Source: Macrostomum lignano
Lineage: Eukaryota
DNA: 64,000 nt
Direction of reading: 5' to 3'
Assembly (NCBI GenBank): GCA_002269645.1
Contig: NIVC01000422.1
Location: 372,001-436,000, forward strand
Made by a program: the position numbers and the translations under genes. Below, one piece after another: positions 13,049-30,414 of this stretch. How positions within the stretch are numbered: position 1 is the stretch's first letter; the number at the start of each line of letters is the position of its first letter. The notes under the pieces were generated by a model. The model saw nothing but the letters and a program-made list of their open reading frames with translations. It did not search any database and was not told the origin of the DNA.

Positions 13049-13638
13049 AAGACACAGACAGAGAGACAGACAGACACAGACAGACAGACAGACAGACAGA
13101 CAGAAAGACAGACACAGACAGACAGACAGTCACAGACAGACAGACAGACAGACAGATAGATAGACAGACAGACAGACAGAGAGACAGACACAGACAGATA
13201 CACAGACACAGACAGACACACAGACAGACACAGGCAGAGACAGTGCATCAAGAAGCTAAGACACTGCAATACTTAAGCACTACTTGACAGCACAAGTGTA
13301 AGATTTATGGTTGACTCAAACCTAAAAAATTTCGCGTAAATTTTCAAACGCATCGCAAGAACTGAATGAAGATAAAGCTATAATCCCACACGGAACATTT
13401 CAATTCTCTCATTTTCAAGGTCGGCGCCCTGGAGTCCAAGCTGGCCTCCTGTCGCAGCTATTATGTCCGCGACCATCAGCTGCGCGCAGTCGGTCAGTCC
13501 TCTCAGCAGCAGCTCGCCAGCGTTGTGGCCGCCTCCTCTGCCGCGGCATCGCCACCGCCGCCTTCTTCGCAGTCGCAGGCGCCGGCGCCGCCTCCCCGAA
13601 GCCTGTCCATAGCGGCAAGAGAGTCCGTCAGCCCGTAG
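10724..13638 (+). CDS. NDEL1: NudE family dynein/LIS1 regulator (NDE1/NDEL1 orthologue), ~389 aa; join(10724..10849,10933..11118,11352..11633,12150..12506,13420..13638)
   Basis: Motifs [35 protein letters not shown]...[36 protein letters not shown] and [22 protein letters not shown]. All introns are GT-AG and phase 0; total 1170 nt. Confidence 0.93.
11126..11300 (+). repeat. (GTTA/GTCA)n microsatellite in NudE intron 2
   Basis: Seen directly. Confidence 0.9.
11641..12110 (+). repeat. (CTGT)n microsatellite in NudE intron 3
   Basis: Seen directly. Confidence 0.95.
12580..13240 (+). repeat. (GACA)n microsatellite in NudE intron 4, complementary to the intron 3 array
   Basis: Seen directly. 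Confidence 0.95.
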
Positions 13639-14786
13639 TGCGCTTGTACAATGCTTTTAAGTGTCCAAAAATATCCTAAATAAAATTATTCTCATCTATC
13701 TACTGAAAGTAGAAATTCAAGAAAATTTACTGTAGAAAAAAGTCTGTATTCGGAAAAAATATTCTTGAAATACTTTTATTAGTAGTCTGTGCAGGTTTTC
13801 ATCTAGGTTCAGTGTTTACAGTTTATAATTTTAGAGATTTAATTATAGTCTACAAAATGTACTTTTGCTGTGCACTTTCCTCGATTTGTATTAGTTATAA
13901 ATATACTAATGTTTTAATTGACCTTCAATTGTTCCCCTATTTTTATGGTCAATTTTCTATCCTATTTTTCCTAGCTATGAATATAATTGTGTTGTGTTTA
14001 TCTTAGGTATGTTTTTTCGCATGTCATAAAATATTATCTATAATCTGTTTCATAATGTTTGCATACCTACTGGTTATTGTTATTAATATGCTAGCATTTA
14101 TTAATCTTTCCAAGTGTGTGTTTGCTGCAAATGTAAAGAAAATTTATTAATTATGATTATTATTCATTAGTTGTTATTGATTCAGTTGTATTCGCTGATT
14201 GAGTGGAAGATTGACAAGCCATGGACAAATTTAACAATGGTACTCCACGGCCATTGTGAGGCATTCTCAGCGGCTGTCAGGCTAATGCTGATCGACTTAA
14301 TTTGGCCTACTAATCTTCTGATGAATGATATTCTAATGAATTTTACAGCTGCTACCGTATTATGCTACTCACAAGTAGAGTTGGTACCAGCTGTTACAAA
14401 TATCTACTTTGCGTATTAAACTAAATGATAATACTTGCCTCTGATTATAAAATTACTTTTTTGTATCACTTGTGTGGCCGTTGGTGATTTTGGATTCAAT
14501 TTGTATTGTTTATTGTATGATTAAAAAATGTTTGCATACATCAAATTACATTACATAGCATGTCGTGGTTTTAATGTGTATATTTTGAATAGCAATGATG
14601 CTTATTTAAAGTGCATTGTGTTCGAGCTTTTGTGTTGTTCTCTTAAGCAGACCCGTTATTACGGTGCGTTCCGGGTTCGATTCCGGGTTTGTGCTTTTTT
14701 CTGAAACATCGCACTTTCACTGACAATCTGACGGTGAATGTTACAGAAAGAAAGTGGCACTCACAGACACGCATTAAGGAGAGGAT

Positions 14787-14788
14787 TC

Positions 14789-14824
<36 letters not shown>

Positions 14825-15022
14825 GGACAGACAGACAGAGGCAGGCAGACAGACAGACAGAGGCAGGCAGACAGACAGACAGAAAGGCAGACAGACAGAC
14901 AGTCAGACAGACAGACAGAAAGGCAGACAGACAGAAAGGCAGACAGTCAGACAGAAAGACAGACAGACAGGCAGACAGACAGAGGCAGGCAGACAGACAG
15001 ACAGTCAGACAGAAAGACAGAC
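14787..15022 (+). repeat. Degenerate (GACA)n microsatellite flanked by two tRNA B-box-like motifs
   Basis: GACA array, with gtgcgttccgggttcgattc at 14664-14683 and gtgcgttccaggttcgaatc at 15057-15076. Confidence 0.85.
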
Positions 15023-16248
15023 GGATGCTTATTAAAAGTGCTAAAGTTTTTATAGAGTGCGTTCCAGGTTCGAATCTGTAACAACGCATGAAAAGCGGTG
15101 ATTTTCGAACAATATAAGGCGCTGACAAGACCCGCGCAGTCACTCCAATAATCTGTCAATACATTTCTGTTCTGATGCGATTGACAGCATTCTCAAGCCA
15201 CTGGAGAAGTTGATTGCAACAGGTGGAGACTGTGTTAATCAGGCTTCCTTGATACGTGATGATGATGGAGAACACAATTTGTTTCTTGAGTCAACCAGAA
15301 AGCAGAAATGACAGCAGAGTTTCTAGTTGCTTCCGTTTTTGGTCTAGGAAACCATCTGCTACTACTTAAAGTACACGATTAAAAAATAAATGAAGACTTA
15401 TAGAAAATAATAATTAATAAACATTTTTATAGACAAGGTGACAAAGCTCACTTGTTAAAAAATAAGATTACTCAAAGCTTTGGTTGTGAAATTGATAAAA
15501 TAAAATCTATTTTCAATCAGTCGATTGGCATAAGATCTAGTTTTGAACAATTTAACAGCATGCTCAAATCAAATCAAGTAACAATCTAGTAAATAGAAAA
15601 CTGGAAAGTGGAGCAACTCTAGGAATCGCCAAACTAATCAAAAATACTATATAAGAAAATTTGAAGCACAAGGCGGGGCTGTGAGCAACTGTTAGTGGAA
15701 TACACGATAGAAAACATTTGCACAAATATGTCAAAAGGCCCTTGCTAAACCTGTGGTAAATGGGTGTGCAAAATTCACAGGTGCGCTATCTGATTCTCAG
15801 CGGCTAAATTCAATCAGGAAGCAGGGATTCAAAAATAGCAAATTATACAAAACAATAATAATAATAAGTTGTTCATTTTGAATTCGTTTTCTGGAGAGAT
15901 TAGTGTGTAAAAACAGTGCAAGATGTGTACACAACAGGCCTTCATCAAATTCTATAAATCTAACTATAAGAAACTCAGCAATTAGCAAGAATATAAAATA
16001 TCGATACAATCTAAGTTAATGCTCTAATTACCCTACTTAAAGTAGAAAAACTCGCATTTCTCAATTTAACCGTAGATTTAAATCTGCAAGATTAAAACAA
16101 TTCGCTTACTGTTCTACTGAGCGCGGTAACAGTTAGTAGGCTGCTACGTAAAAGACACGCGAAATTGATTGGATTCATTTAAATTTCGAATGAACCGTCA
16201 AATAAAAAATCCCACGCTGATTAATAAGTGTCAGACAGCTGTCTGTCC

Positions 16249-22343
<6,095 letters not shown>

Positions 22344-25300
22344 AGCTTTGCACTTTACCAGCCTTAGTAGTCTGAGAGAGTTCTCTGTTGGGTGTTGCTG
22401 CTTCAACAAGTGCCAGTTTTAATGCTATTCAATGTTTAATATCCAAGTCATGTAGATATTCTTGAACAATTAATAGTATCTATCTTCTAGTTAAAATCTG
22501 AAATTTGAATGAAATAAGCAAGCAATAGATAAAAAAGCAATATTTTTTCAATAGAAAAAGTAGGAAAAATTCAGTTATATCTATTCATTATAAAAGCTAC
22601 TATATTATCTAATAGACACCAACAAGAATTAATCTACAAATCAAACAAAAAAGTAAATAAAAATAGAATAATGCTACAAAAATCAGGAATAAACAAGGAC
22701 TAACAACCATAGCCTCATAGGACAATTTTGCTATTAATAAGAATAATATGATTTAGTTATAATGATAATCTTGCGAAAATGCAATCAAAAAGCTTGATTT
22801 TTCATTTGCAATTTCAAATAAAGTAAAGAACTTATTGCTTGTTTATAAAATTATAGGACAAAAATAATGTAGGATTTTAAGTGTAAGACAATTAAAATTG
22901 TCATTAGAATAGGCCCCTGCTTTACATTTTTTAAAGAACTAGCATTGTAAAACATTATTATTCAGCCATTTAAAGGCAATGATCCAGGCTTCTTCATGAA
23001 TTAACTTTGATTTGTGAATTTTTTTGTAGAATAACACACATTGTGACACTACACATTGCATATATGCTTATGTCATAATAATTACTAATACTATGCATTT
23101 TCAAAGCATCTACCTGCTCTGTCTCTTCCTAAAAAGCTTGCTTGCTGAAGCTTTGATTTGGCAATCCTCGGCCTGAGCAGAAACTTTTATATAGAATTGG
23201 TGTACACCATGGGTCCAAGACGAGGCCAGACCAGACAAGACAAGGTAGTACTAGTACTAGTCTAGTCTAGACTTCTGTCTTAAAACTTAAAGTCTAAAGC
23301 TAAGAAAACTAAAATATAAAATAAAATTGAATTTTTTGTGTAGGCAATATCTTACTAACCGCGAACTCAAAATATACTGATGAGTTTTAAAAGGCCTGTA
23401 TTTGATATTTCACAAACTTCATCATGAAACTTGTTAAATAGTGTGGATTATAAGAGACCTTATTTCACGTTTGTATCCAGTAATTAAGGCATCTTATGGT
23501 GATTAGTGATATTTCTGTAAGCTGCTTACTTTTTAAGACGACATTTTTATTGTACTTCAAAACATTTTATTGTTAAGGTGATGCGTTAGGGCGATGATGA
23601 TAAAAATATGATTATGTTAATTTTGTTTTAAAAAGCAAAAAACTTGACGAGTTTGACCTGTTAATGGCTAAGTAACCTAAGTTCGACACATAGCATACGA
23701 TTGGAATTGTAAAATTGCACAGAAATTTCAAACATTTCTGTGCTTGATCATTTTATAGCCATTCATCATTAGATAACACCATCATCCCGAAAAATCATTG
23801 GCTTAGTAATATACACGGTCTGCTTGCATCAGTTTTAATTAAAACATATTTTGTTGCACCGCTAGCGTTAAATTCTTTCCTAGCTCATCATCGTCCTTCA
23901 GCGTCTTCTACACTGAGTGACATATATACGGACATGAAGTCAGGCACGGTGCTTCTCTTGCTGGCGATATACTTACTTCACGTCGAATTCGTACGCCATC
24001 GCAGCCTGTCAGCCCATGACATGTCGCAGTCGCCTGTGCCCTGTGCCAGCATGATGATCGGTTGAGTAAGGCCATGCAGCGAGAGGGCTAGCAGTCAGGC
24101 CCTTGTCGCTGATCCCAGAGCTTTCTCAAACGTATCCTCAGGCATGCACACTCTATATACTCTCCTTTTTGGATGAAATTGCAGAAATCTTTGACCACGC
24201 GGTTTACATGTACTTTTACGAGGCCTAGGCCGGTTTTAGTGTAAATAGTTGAAGGGTCTGCTCCTGCCGCCCCCTGACTTTCACTAATACAGAGACTTCA
24301 TTGAGGCAATGAAGGACAATAAAACAAAAGATTTTGCGGTATCAATACTAGGAATAAGTTATATCAAAGAAGCAGATTTGAAGAACTACAGTGTATTAAG
24401 ACACTACACGAGTTAGAATTCATTCCCATTGCCTTAAGCGCATTAATTGTGATTCCTCCGGGTTGCTAGGGTGAAAAAAAGGTAGCTATATATATTGAAA
24501 GAGGTTAGAGTGCCGCAACGTGCGCGCGGCCTCATCAAAATCCTACGAGGTACATGTATAGCCCGGGTGCTTTGGCCTTGGTAACCCGGGGCAGCAGAGT
24601 TAGGAAAATGATGCTGGTAGTGTAGGATACTGCAGGGGCCTTGATGCTGGTGGGTTGGCACGCACAAAGCCTCTGGATAGATAGAGATGGCAAAAAGACA
24701 GAAGAGCTGCATATTTTTTTAGACCTGCATGACATGCGCAAGTTAGAGAGTGGTAAGGATCGAGGCCGCTGCGAAACAAAATTTCAGGTCTTCAATGGCG
24801 ATTTTAATTTTTCCCCAAAAGCCATTGATGAAATAATTCGTAGGGAGGTTTTGACAGCTGCTACTGCTGCTGCTTCGAGAGACCGTTCCTGGCTTGAGCT
24901 CTGATTTCCTCAGCTAAACTGCTCAATTCAACTCTCTCATGATGCGCGAATACTGGGAATCCAGTTTTGTAGGCACGCTTGAAACCATAGCGATCCACCA
25001 CGCTATCACCGAAGTCATCACTGCTTCATTAACGATGACGTCTTAGTTTTTTTGGGAATAATTCTGCGGAATTACACATGCATATGCTAGCTAGCTATAG
25101 GATATATGCTAGAGCCAGCTTTTAAACTTTCTGCTGCATGCCAGGACGACGCCTTTGGAAGTGTTGTTGGCTGAGCTGTCAAAAAAGATGGTCGCTCCTG
25201 TTTCCTGATGCAGTCGATCGATTCACAAGTTCTGTGCAGCCAGGGTCGACAGAAGGAATTGCGCTCGACAGGGCACAATCGACTTTGGTGGAGTTTCGAG

Positions 25301-25689
25301 TTTTCTGTCGGTGATAGACTCTTGACTCATGATCTACGAAGGAGGGAGGGACAGCAGGTGAGCTGACGGAAGGATCTGGAAAAGACATGTGTGATGGGTT
25401 TCGACCTTTCGGCCCCCTTGTGGGGAAGCCTTCGGCCTCAGGTCTCAGAAATAAATCAATTAGAGTCCTGGCCCCCCACTCCTGTCAGATGGTCAGCCCC
25501 ATGGTAGCTTGATCGTGTGGCGAGCAGTCTAGGTCCTATAGCTAAGAGAGGGACAGCGAGAGACAACCAGGGAGAATTTTGAAGGTAGAGATCAGCTAAT
25601 CCGCAGATTAACTAACCCGCTGCCACCAGCCCGTGCGTCCTGGCTCACACCGGGACTCTCGAAATCGGGCTTTGCACTTACCTGCCAAC

Positions 25690-26010
25690 TAGTGTCTTTT
25701 TGCTGTCAATCTCGAAGTCATAGCCGATGATAAGGGACACTGCTGGGACTAGATCGCATTTGCCATGCAGGTACAGAGGGGATTTGTGCAGGGGATTCTT
25801 GCAGTGGCGAGACTATGAGGTAGCTACATGTACTATTACATTGCTAAATACGAGAAATTGTACTTTTGGCCTTCAACACGCCAACCAGCCTCTCCTAGCG
25901 CTGATGATAGGCTAACTCGAACCTCAGAGACTGCATGATTCATCACCCGAGCCGCTTGGCTAACCTAGAGTGCACAGAGTACATCTCTGGAGCCGATTCT
26001 GTACTATTGG
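25690..26010 (-). mobile_element. Possible decayed retropepsin (LTR retrotransposon protease) relic
   Basis: Minus-strand fragments in different frames, with stops: VHSRLAKRLG and SLIIGYDF resemble the xxLAkrLG and ILGxDF retropepsin motifs. No clear D[ST]G, RT or LTR found. Confidence 0.25.
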
Positions 26011-26649
26011 CAATTTCGCTAACTGATTTGATAGATTGATCGACTGAGAACTGCCTTGCCATGCTGCCTTGCCTTGCTACTGTGACTGGCGCCTACTAGC
26101 TTAGCTACTCATCTGAGCCATCGGCGAACAAAGAAATAAAACCGATAAAAATAACTGTCAGACTTAACCTTCTTCTTAGATCACTTCACACTTCAGATTG
26201 AATTGGAGTTTTAGACTACTAGCAGTATTATTGAATGATTTCTGCCTCAGCAACAGCACTACTGAACAAAATGAGCAAAAGTGTGCGCCTAATCCAGCTA
26301 CTGAAACAGGGGACAGATAAGGGATCACCCAATCAAGCAAGTCTAGGCAGCCTCTCACCCAACCAATCAGAAACTCAACAGCCGGAGACCAGGTAATCTG
26401 CAGTGACCGAATCGGCTTAGTGCTTCGCAGCTGTAGACCCGGGATGGTGCTGATGTCACGGTGTTCGCAGATAGCTAGCAGGTGATGCCCTTAACTTTGA
26501 TGTTCGCTGCTGATGACCGGGGGGACTCGTCCTTGATGATGAGGGGGGAGGTGGCAATCCGGGGATCAAGAAACGACGGTCGCGCTCCGGGACGTCTCAA
26601 TCTAGGCTAAGGTCCCAGGAGAAGTTGATCCAAGCGGGCCAAAAACACC

Positions 26650-26785
26650 GGTTTAAATAGCCGCTAACCGGACCGCAGTTTGTTATAATGGAACACGTCG
26701 ATTCTGATTGGCTGAGCCGATTTGTTAAAATGAGCGCCGAATTTTCTGATTGGTTAAGCTGGTTGCTACCCAGAATCACGTGACC
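26650..26785 (-). promoter_or_regulatory. Promoter-like module: E-box, two CCAAT boxes and a TATA-like element oriented leftward
   Basis: TCACGTGA 26776-26783; CCAATCAG (minus) at 26746-26753 and 26704-26711; TATTTAAA (minus) at 26652-26659. The order fits a Pol II promoter, but the target is unknown. Confidence 0.3.
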
Positions 26786-27326
26786 GGGAGATCCTATCAG
26801 TTCCCACAGGGTCGTAAAAAGATGACAGGTGCGGCCATAAATCAATCAAAATCGCAACAAAATGACTTATGACTTTTCGCGTAGGATTGACAGAAATTAA
26901 TGAAAAAATATACAATATACAAATATACAAATATACAAAAATATATAGAAAGTGAAGATAATGAAGAGAAATCACTAATCGCTAATCCCAAGGTACTTTC
27001 AGGGGTAAAACGCATAGCTGTCAAAGCTGTCACACGCTTGAGTGAACACGAACAATAGGCTCTGACCTCATAAATCTTGATGGCCTGTCAAAATGATGAG
27101 AAAAAAGCTACCGCCCGCATCCTCTCAGACCATCTGGCGCCCGCCTCAACACTGAGTGAGGCGCAGGTGGCTGTCAGACCAGCTTCGAAAGCGATTATTT
27201 ATGACCCAAAAAGCTGCGCCTATGTTATTATGACTAATAGTATGACCAAAAATTATATCTTTACAGTTTATGACCAAAAATTATATTTTTACAGTATAAA
27301 AATTATACTGTAAAATTATAAATTAT

Positions 27327-27693
27327 ACAGACCTACACAGACCTACACAGACCTACACAGACCTACACAGACCTACACAGACCTACACAGACCTACACAG
27401 ACCTACACAGACCTACACAGACCTACACAGACCTACACAGACCTACACAGACCTACACAGACCTACACAGACCTACACAGACCTACACAGACCTACACAG
27501 ACCTACACAGACCTACACAGACCTACACAGACCTACACAGACCTACACAGACCTACACAGACCTACACAGACCTACACAGACCTACACAGACCTACACAG
27601 ACCTACACAGACCTACACAGACCTACACAGACCTACACAGACCTACACAGACCTACACAGACCTACACAGACCTACACAGACCTACACAGACC
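27327..27693 (+). repeat. Perfect 10-bp tandem repeat (ACAGACCTAC), ~36 copies
   Basis: Seen directly; no internal variants noticed. Confidence 0.97.
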
Positions 27694-27914
27694 TTGACGC
27701 TTTGACTAAGAGGCGTCCCCCGCCCCTCTTACTTCTGCTATAAATGTTGAGGACAGACAGATTCTCGTGGGAAGTGGAATCCAACAAGCCATCAATGCAG
27801 CTTAGCAGTATAGTTGCGTTCCTCTAAAAACTAAACAAACTAGAGGTTCTGAATGACAGGAGCTTAACATTTGCACCCCTTGAAAATGGTATCCACCGGC
27901 CTTGGAGGCAGGTC

Positions 27915-28400
27915 TAGGGGCGCTTACAAAAATTATCAAGGGTGCCCGCGTCCAAGAGACAGGGGCTCCCACCAAGAGTCAGGGGCGCCCACCAAGAGAC
28001 AGGGGCGCTTATACAAGACAAGGGCGCTTATACAAAAAGACAGGGGCACTTACAAAAAGACAAGGGCACTTACAAAAAGACAGGGGCGCTTACAAAAAGA
28101 CAGGGGCGCTTACAAAAAGACAAGGGCGCTTATACAAGACAAGGGCGCTTATACAAAAAGACAGGGGCGCTTACAAAAAGACAAGGGCGCTTAAAAAAAG
28201 ACAGGGGCGCTTACAAAAAGACAAGGGCGTTTATACAAGACAAGGGCGCTTATACAAAAAGACAGGGGCGCTTACAAAAAGACAAGGGCGCTTATACAAA
28301 AAGACAGGGGCACTTACAAAAAGACAGGGGCGCTTACAAAAAGACAAGGGGCGCTTACAAAAAGACAAGGGTGCCCACCAAATATTGGCGCCCTTTAGGG
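27915..28400 (+). repeat. ~20-bp minisatellite (ccaccaagagacaggggcgc / ttacaaaaagacaggggcgc) ending in accaaatattggcgccc
   Basis: Seen directly; same family as 54715-55185. Confidence 0.9.
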
Positions 28401-28672
28401 TTGCGGCCTCTTCAATTAACATTAACACTGTCTCTCTCTCAAACCACATCCGCAACTATACATTGCCACTGGTTTAACTGATAGCGCATCTTCAGCTACA
28501 GCCATCAACCATCAGCGATTGGTTTTAAAAACGTGCGCCCAATGAGCGCAGACGCAAATTTGAATAAAAACGTTCTTAAATAAAAAGCACTTTGAATAGA
28601 TCAGTTTTAAGGCCGACTCCTAAACTCTAAAGATAGAATCAAGCAGTTGTTTCTGAACTCAAACAGCACGCG

Positions 28673-29415
28673 ATGAACTGCCAAACTTTTGAGCACATTC
28701 TACCGCTGCTCCTGCTGCTGCTGACTGCCAGTCCACCAGTGGCTGGCTTCGTCTTCAAAATTGTGGGATCCGAGAGCTCCGCGATGCCTGCCAGCATGAA
28801 GTTTGTAACTGGCAGCGGCACCGTAAACTGCTCGCTAGAGTGTGCTCAGATAGCCGACTGCAGTGAGTTCTCCTTGCTGCTGCATGGCCTGTGCCAGCTG
28901 TTCAACTTGAGCGCCTTCTCTGGCACCTGGTTGAGCTCGCCACCCTGCGAGGTGTTCAAGCTGATGGAAGACCCGGCAGTTGCCACCAGTAAGGAGCGCA
29001 ACGTCGCTTGCTTGTACTAGTTTAATTTATTCTGGTTTAACCTAACCTAAATAGTATAGTATAGAGTATAGAGTATAGAGTATACTTTAACCTAACCTAA
29101 CCTAACCTAACCTAACCTAACCTAACCTAACCTAACCTAACCTAAAGTTTAACCTTCTGGTAGCTTTCGTGGCCTAGCTACCTTGATCACCATCTACAAC
29201 CGGTATTTGTGGCCTGAATTGCTCAACAAGTTCAACCTGCTGGTTGATGGCATTGAGTGCAACCGAGTGGACCGCACAGAGTCATTCTCCATCGCCAACT
29301 TTACCTGCAATGCTTTCGGCAGCGGTGTTCGAGTTGTAGCCCAGATGACCGACCATCTTATATGCTCTGCGAAGTTGAGATCTACGATTACCTGAGGCGT
29401 GAGAAAAATACTTAG
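28673..29415 (+). pseudogene. Secreted PAN/apple-like domain plus partial F-type lectin (fucolectin) domain; frameshifted and lacking the N-half of the lectin domain; join(28673..28988,29178..~29362, frameshift ..29415)
   Basis: Signal peptide ([16 protein letters not shown]); PAN-like CSLECAQIADCSEF...C; phase-1 intron 28989-29177. ITIYNR...F.L.VDG.EC...FTC...G..VRV follows, and the canonical LCEVEIY end appears only in a shifted frame (from 29365). Confidence 0.6.
29087..29145 (-). repeat. (TTAGG)n telomere-like pentamer run inside the lectin-gene intron
   Basis: About 12 CCTAA copies on the + strand. Confidence 0.9.
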
Positions 29416-30414
29416 TTTAGCAAGGTCCTTCTACTAGTACATGTACTCAAGGAAAAACATTTTATTTCTCAAATAACGTTCCAAAATTCACTGTTTTATT
29501 AATTGCAAAAAGTCAGTACCAAAAAGGAAGTTTATTACTTTTTTTGAAGAAAAAAGTTATACAAAACTTAGATGAAATCTCTGCTTACTTTGTTATTTTA
29601 CTTCATTTTAATTGGCCCAAAAACAAGCTATATAAGACTTTTATTTTGACTCTGAATTTTATTTGATTTTATGAGCGTTTATAGGTAGATTAGCTGTCAA
29701 ATATAAAACAAAATATTTGCAATAAAAGCTCTAGAAGGTACGATTTCCTATCTTTAAAGTTGTATTAGTAATATATATTTTTTTTAAACGAAACGAAATC
29801 CTTTGCTTATTTTTATAACTTATAATTTATAATATGACAATATCGATGGGTTGTTATGGCAACAAACTGCAATTCAAGAGAACAATTTAAAAAACTAGAT
29901 TTCTTAGAATAAAAATTAGAAGGCAGGTTTTACCAAAAAAAATAAATTACGGAGAATGTAGGTTTTCATTTTTTAGTCCAAAGGATAAAGACCCAAAGGC
30001 CTATCAACAGTTATTGCCATGTTTGTACTACATAAAAAAGAAAACCGCATTTTTTCGATAAACATTTTCAAGAAACGTATAGCTTCTAATCCTTCTACTT
30101 GAAGTAGGCCTTGCCAACACGTGTATCTAAGCTGGTTATAAGGTGCATTTATAGAATAATTGCGATTAGCTATAAATCACAGCGATAAGAAGCAAAGTCA
30201 ATGCTTGCTGGTAGTCATAGCAACTAAACTAAAAACATATAAGAGAATAGCTGGCATATCTCTGCATGCCAATCAATTGAAGTTGTGGAATTTAAACACG
30301 CGGCGCTGCAAGCTTTCAAAAGAGGACAATCACCACCGAAAGACAGATCAATGTTCGCGCGAATGAATAGAAATTCAAAGTGGAATCTAGAAATCCTGCT
30401 CAAGTCAGAAGCCA

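Noticed and set aside
11352-13287. SVCL/TDRQ-rich ORFs, including a 392-aa read-through of NudE exon 3
   Set aside because: These come from CTGT/GACA microsatellites inside GT-AG introns. The spliced model restores the conserved NudE sequence.
14664-14690. tRNA gene
   Set aside because: Only a T-arm/B-box-like motif is present, with no acceptor stem, D-arm or anticodon arm.
23376-23432. CTGATGAG...GAAAC hammerhead-ribozyme-like motif
   Set aside because: The CTGATGA is itself paired in a simple inverted repeat (tgatgagttt/aaacttcatca). Stems I and III and a cleavage triplet could not be built.
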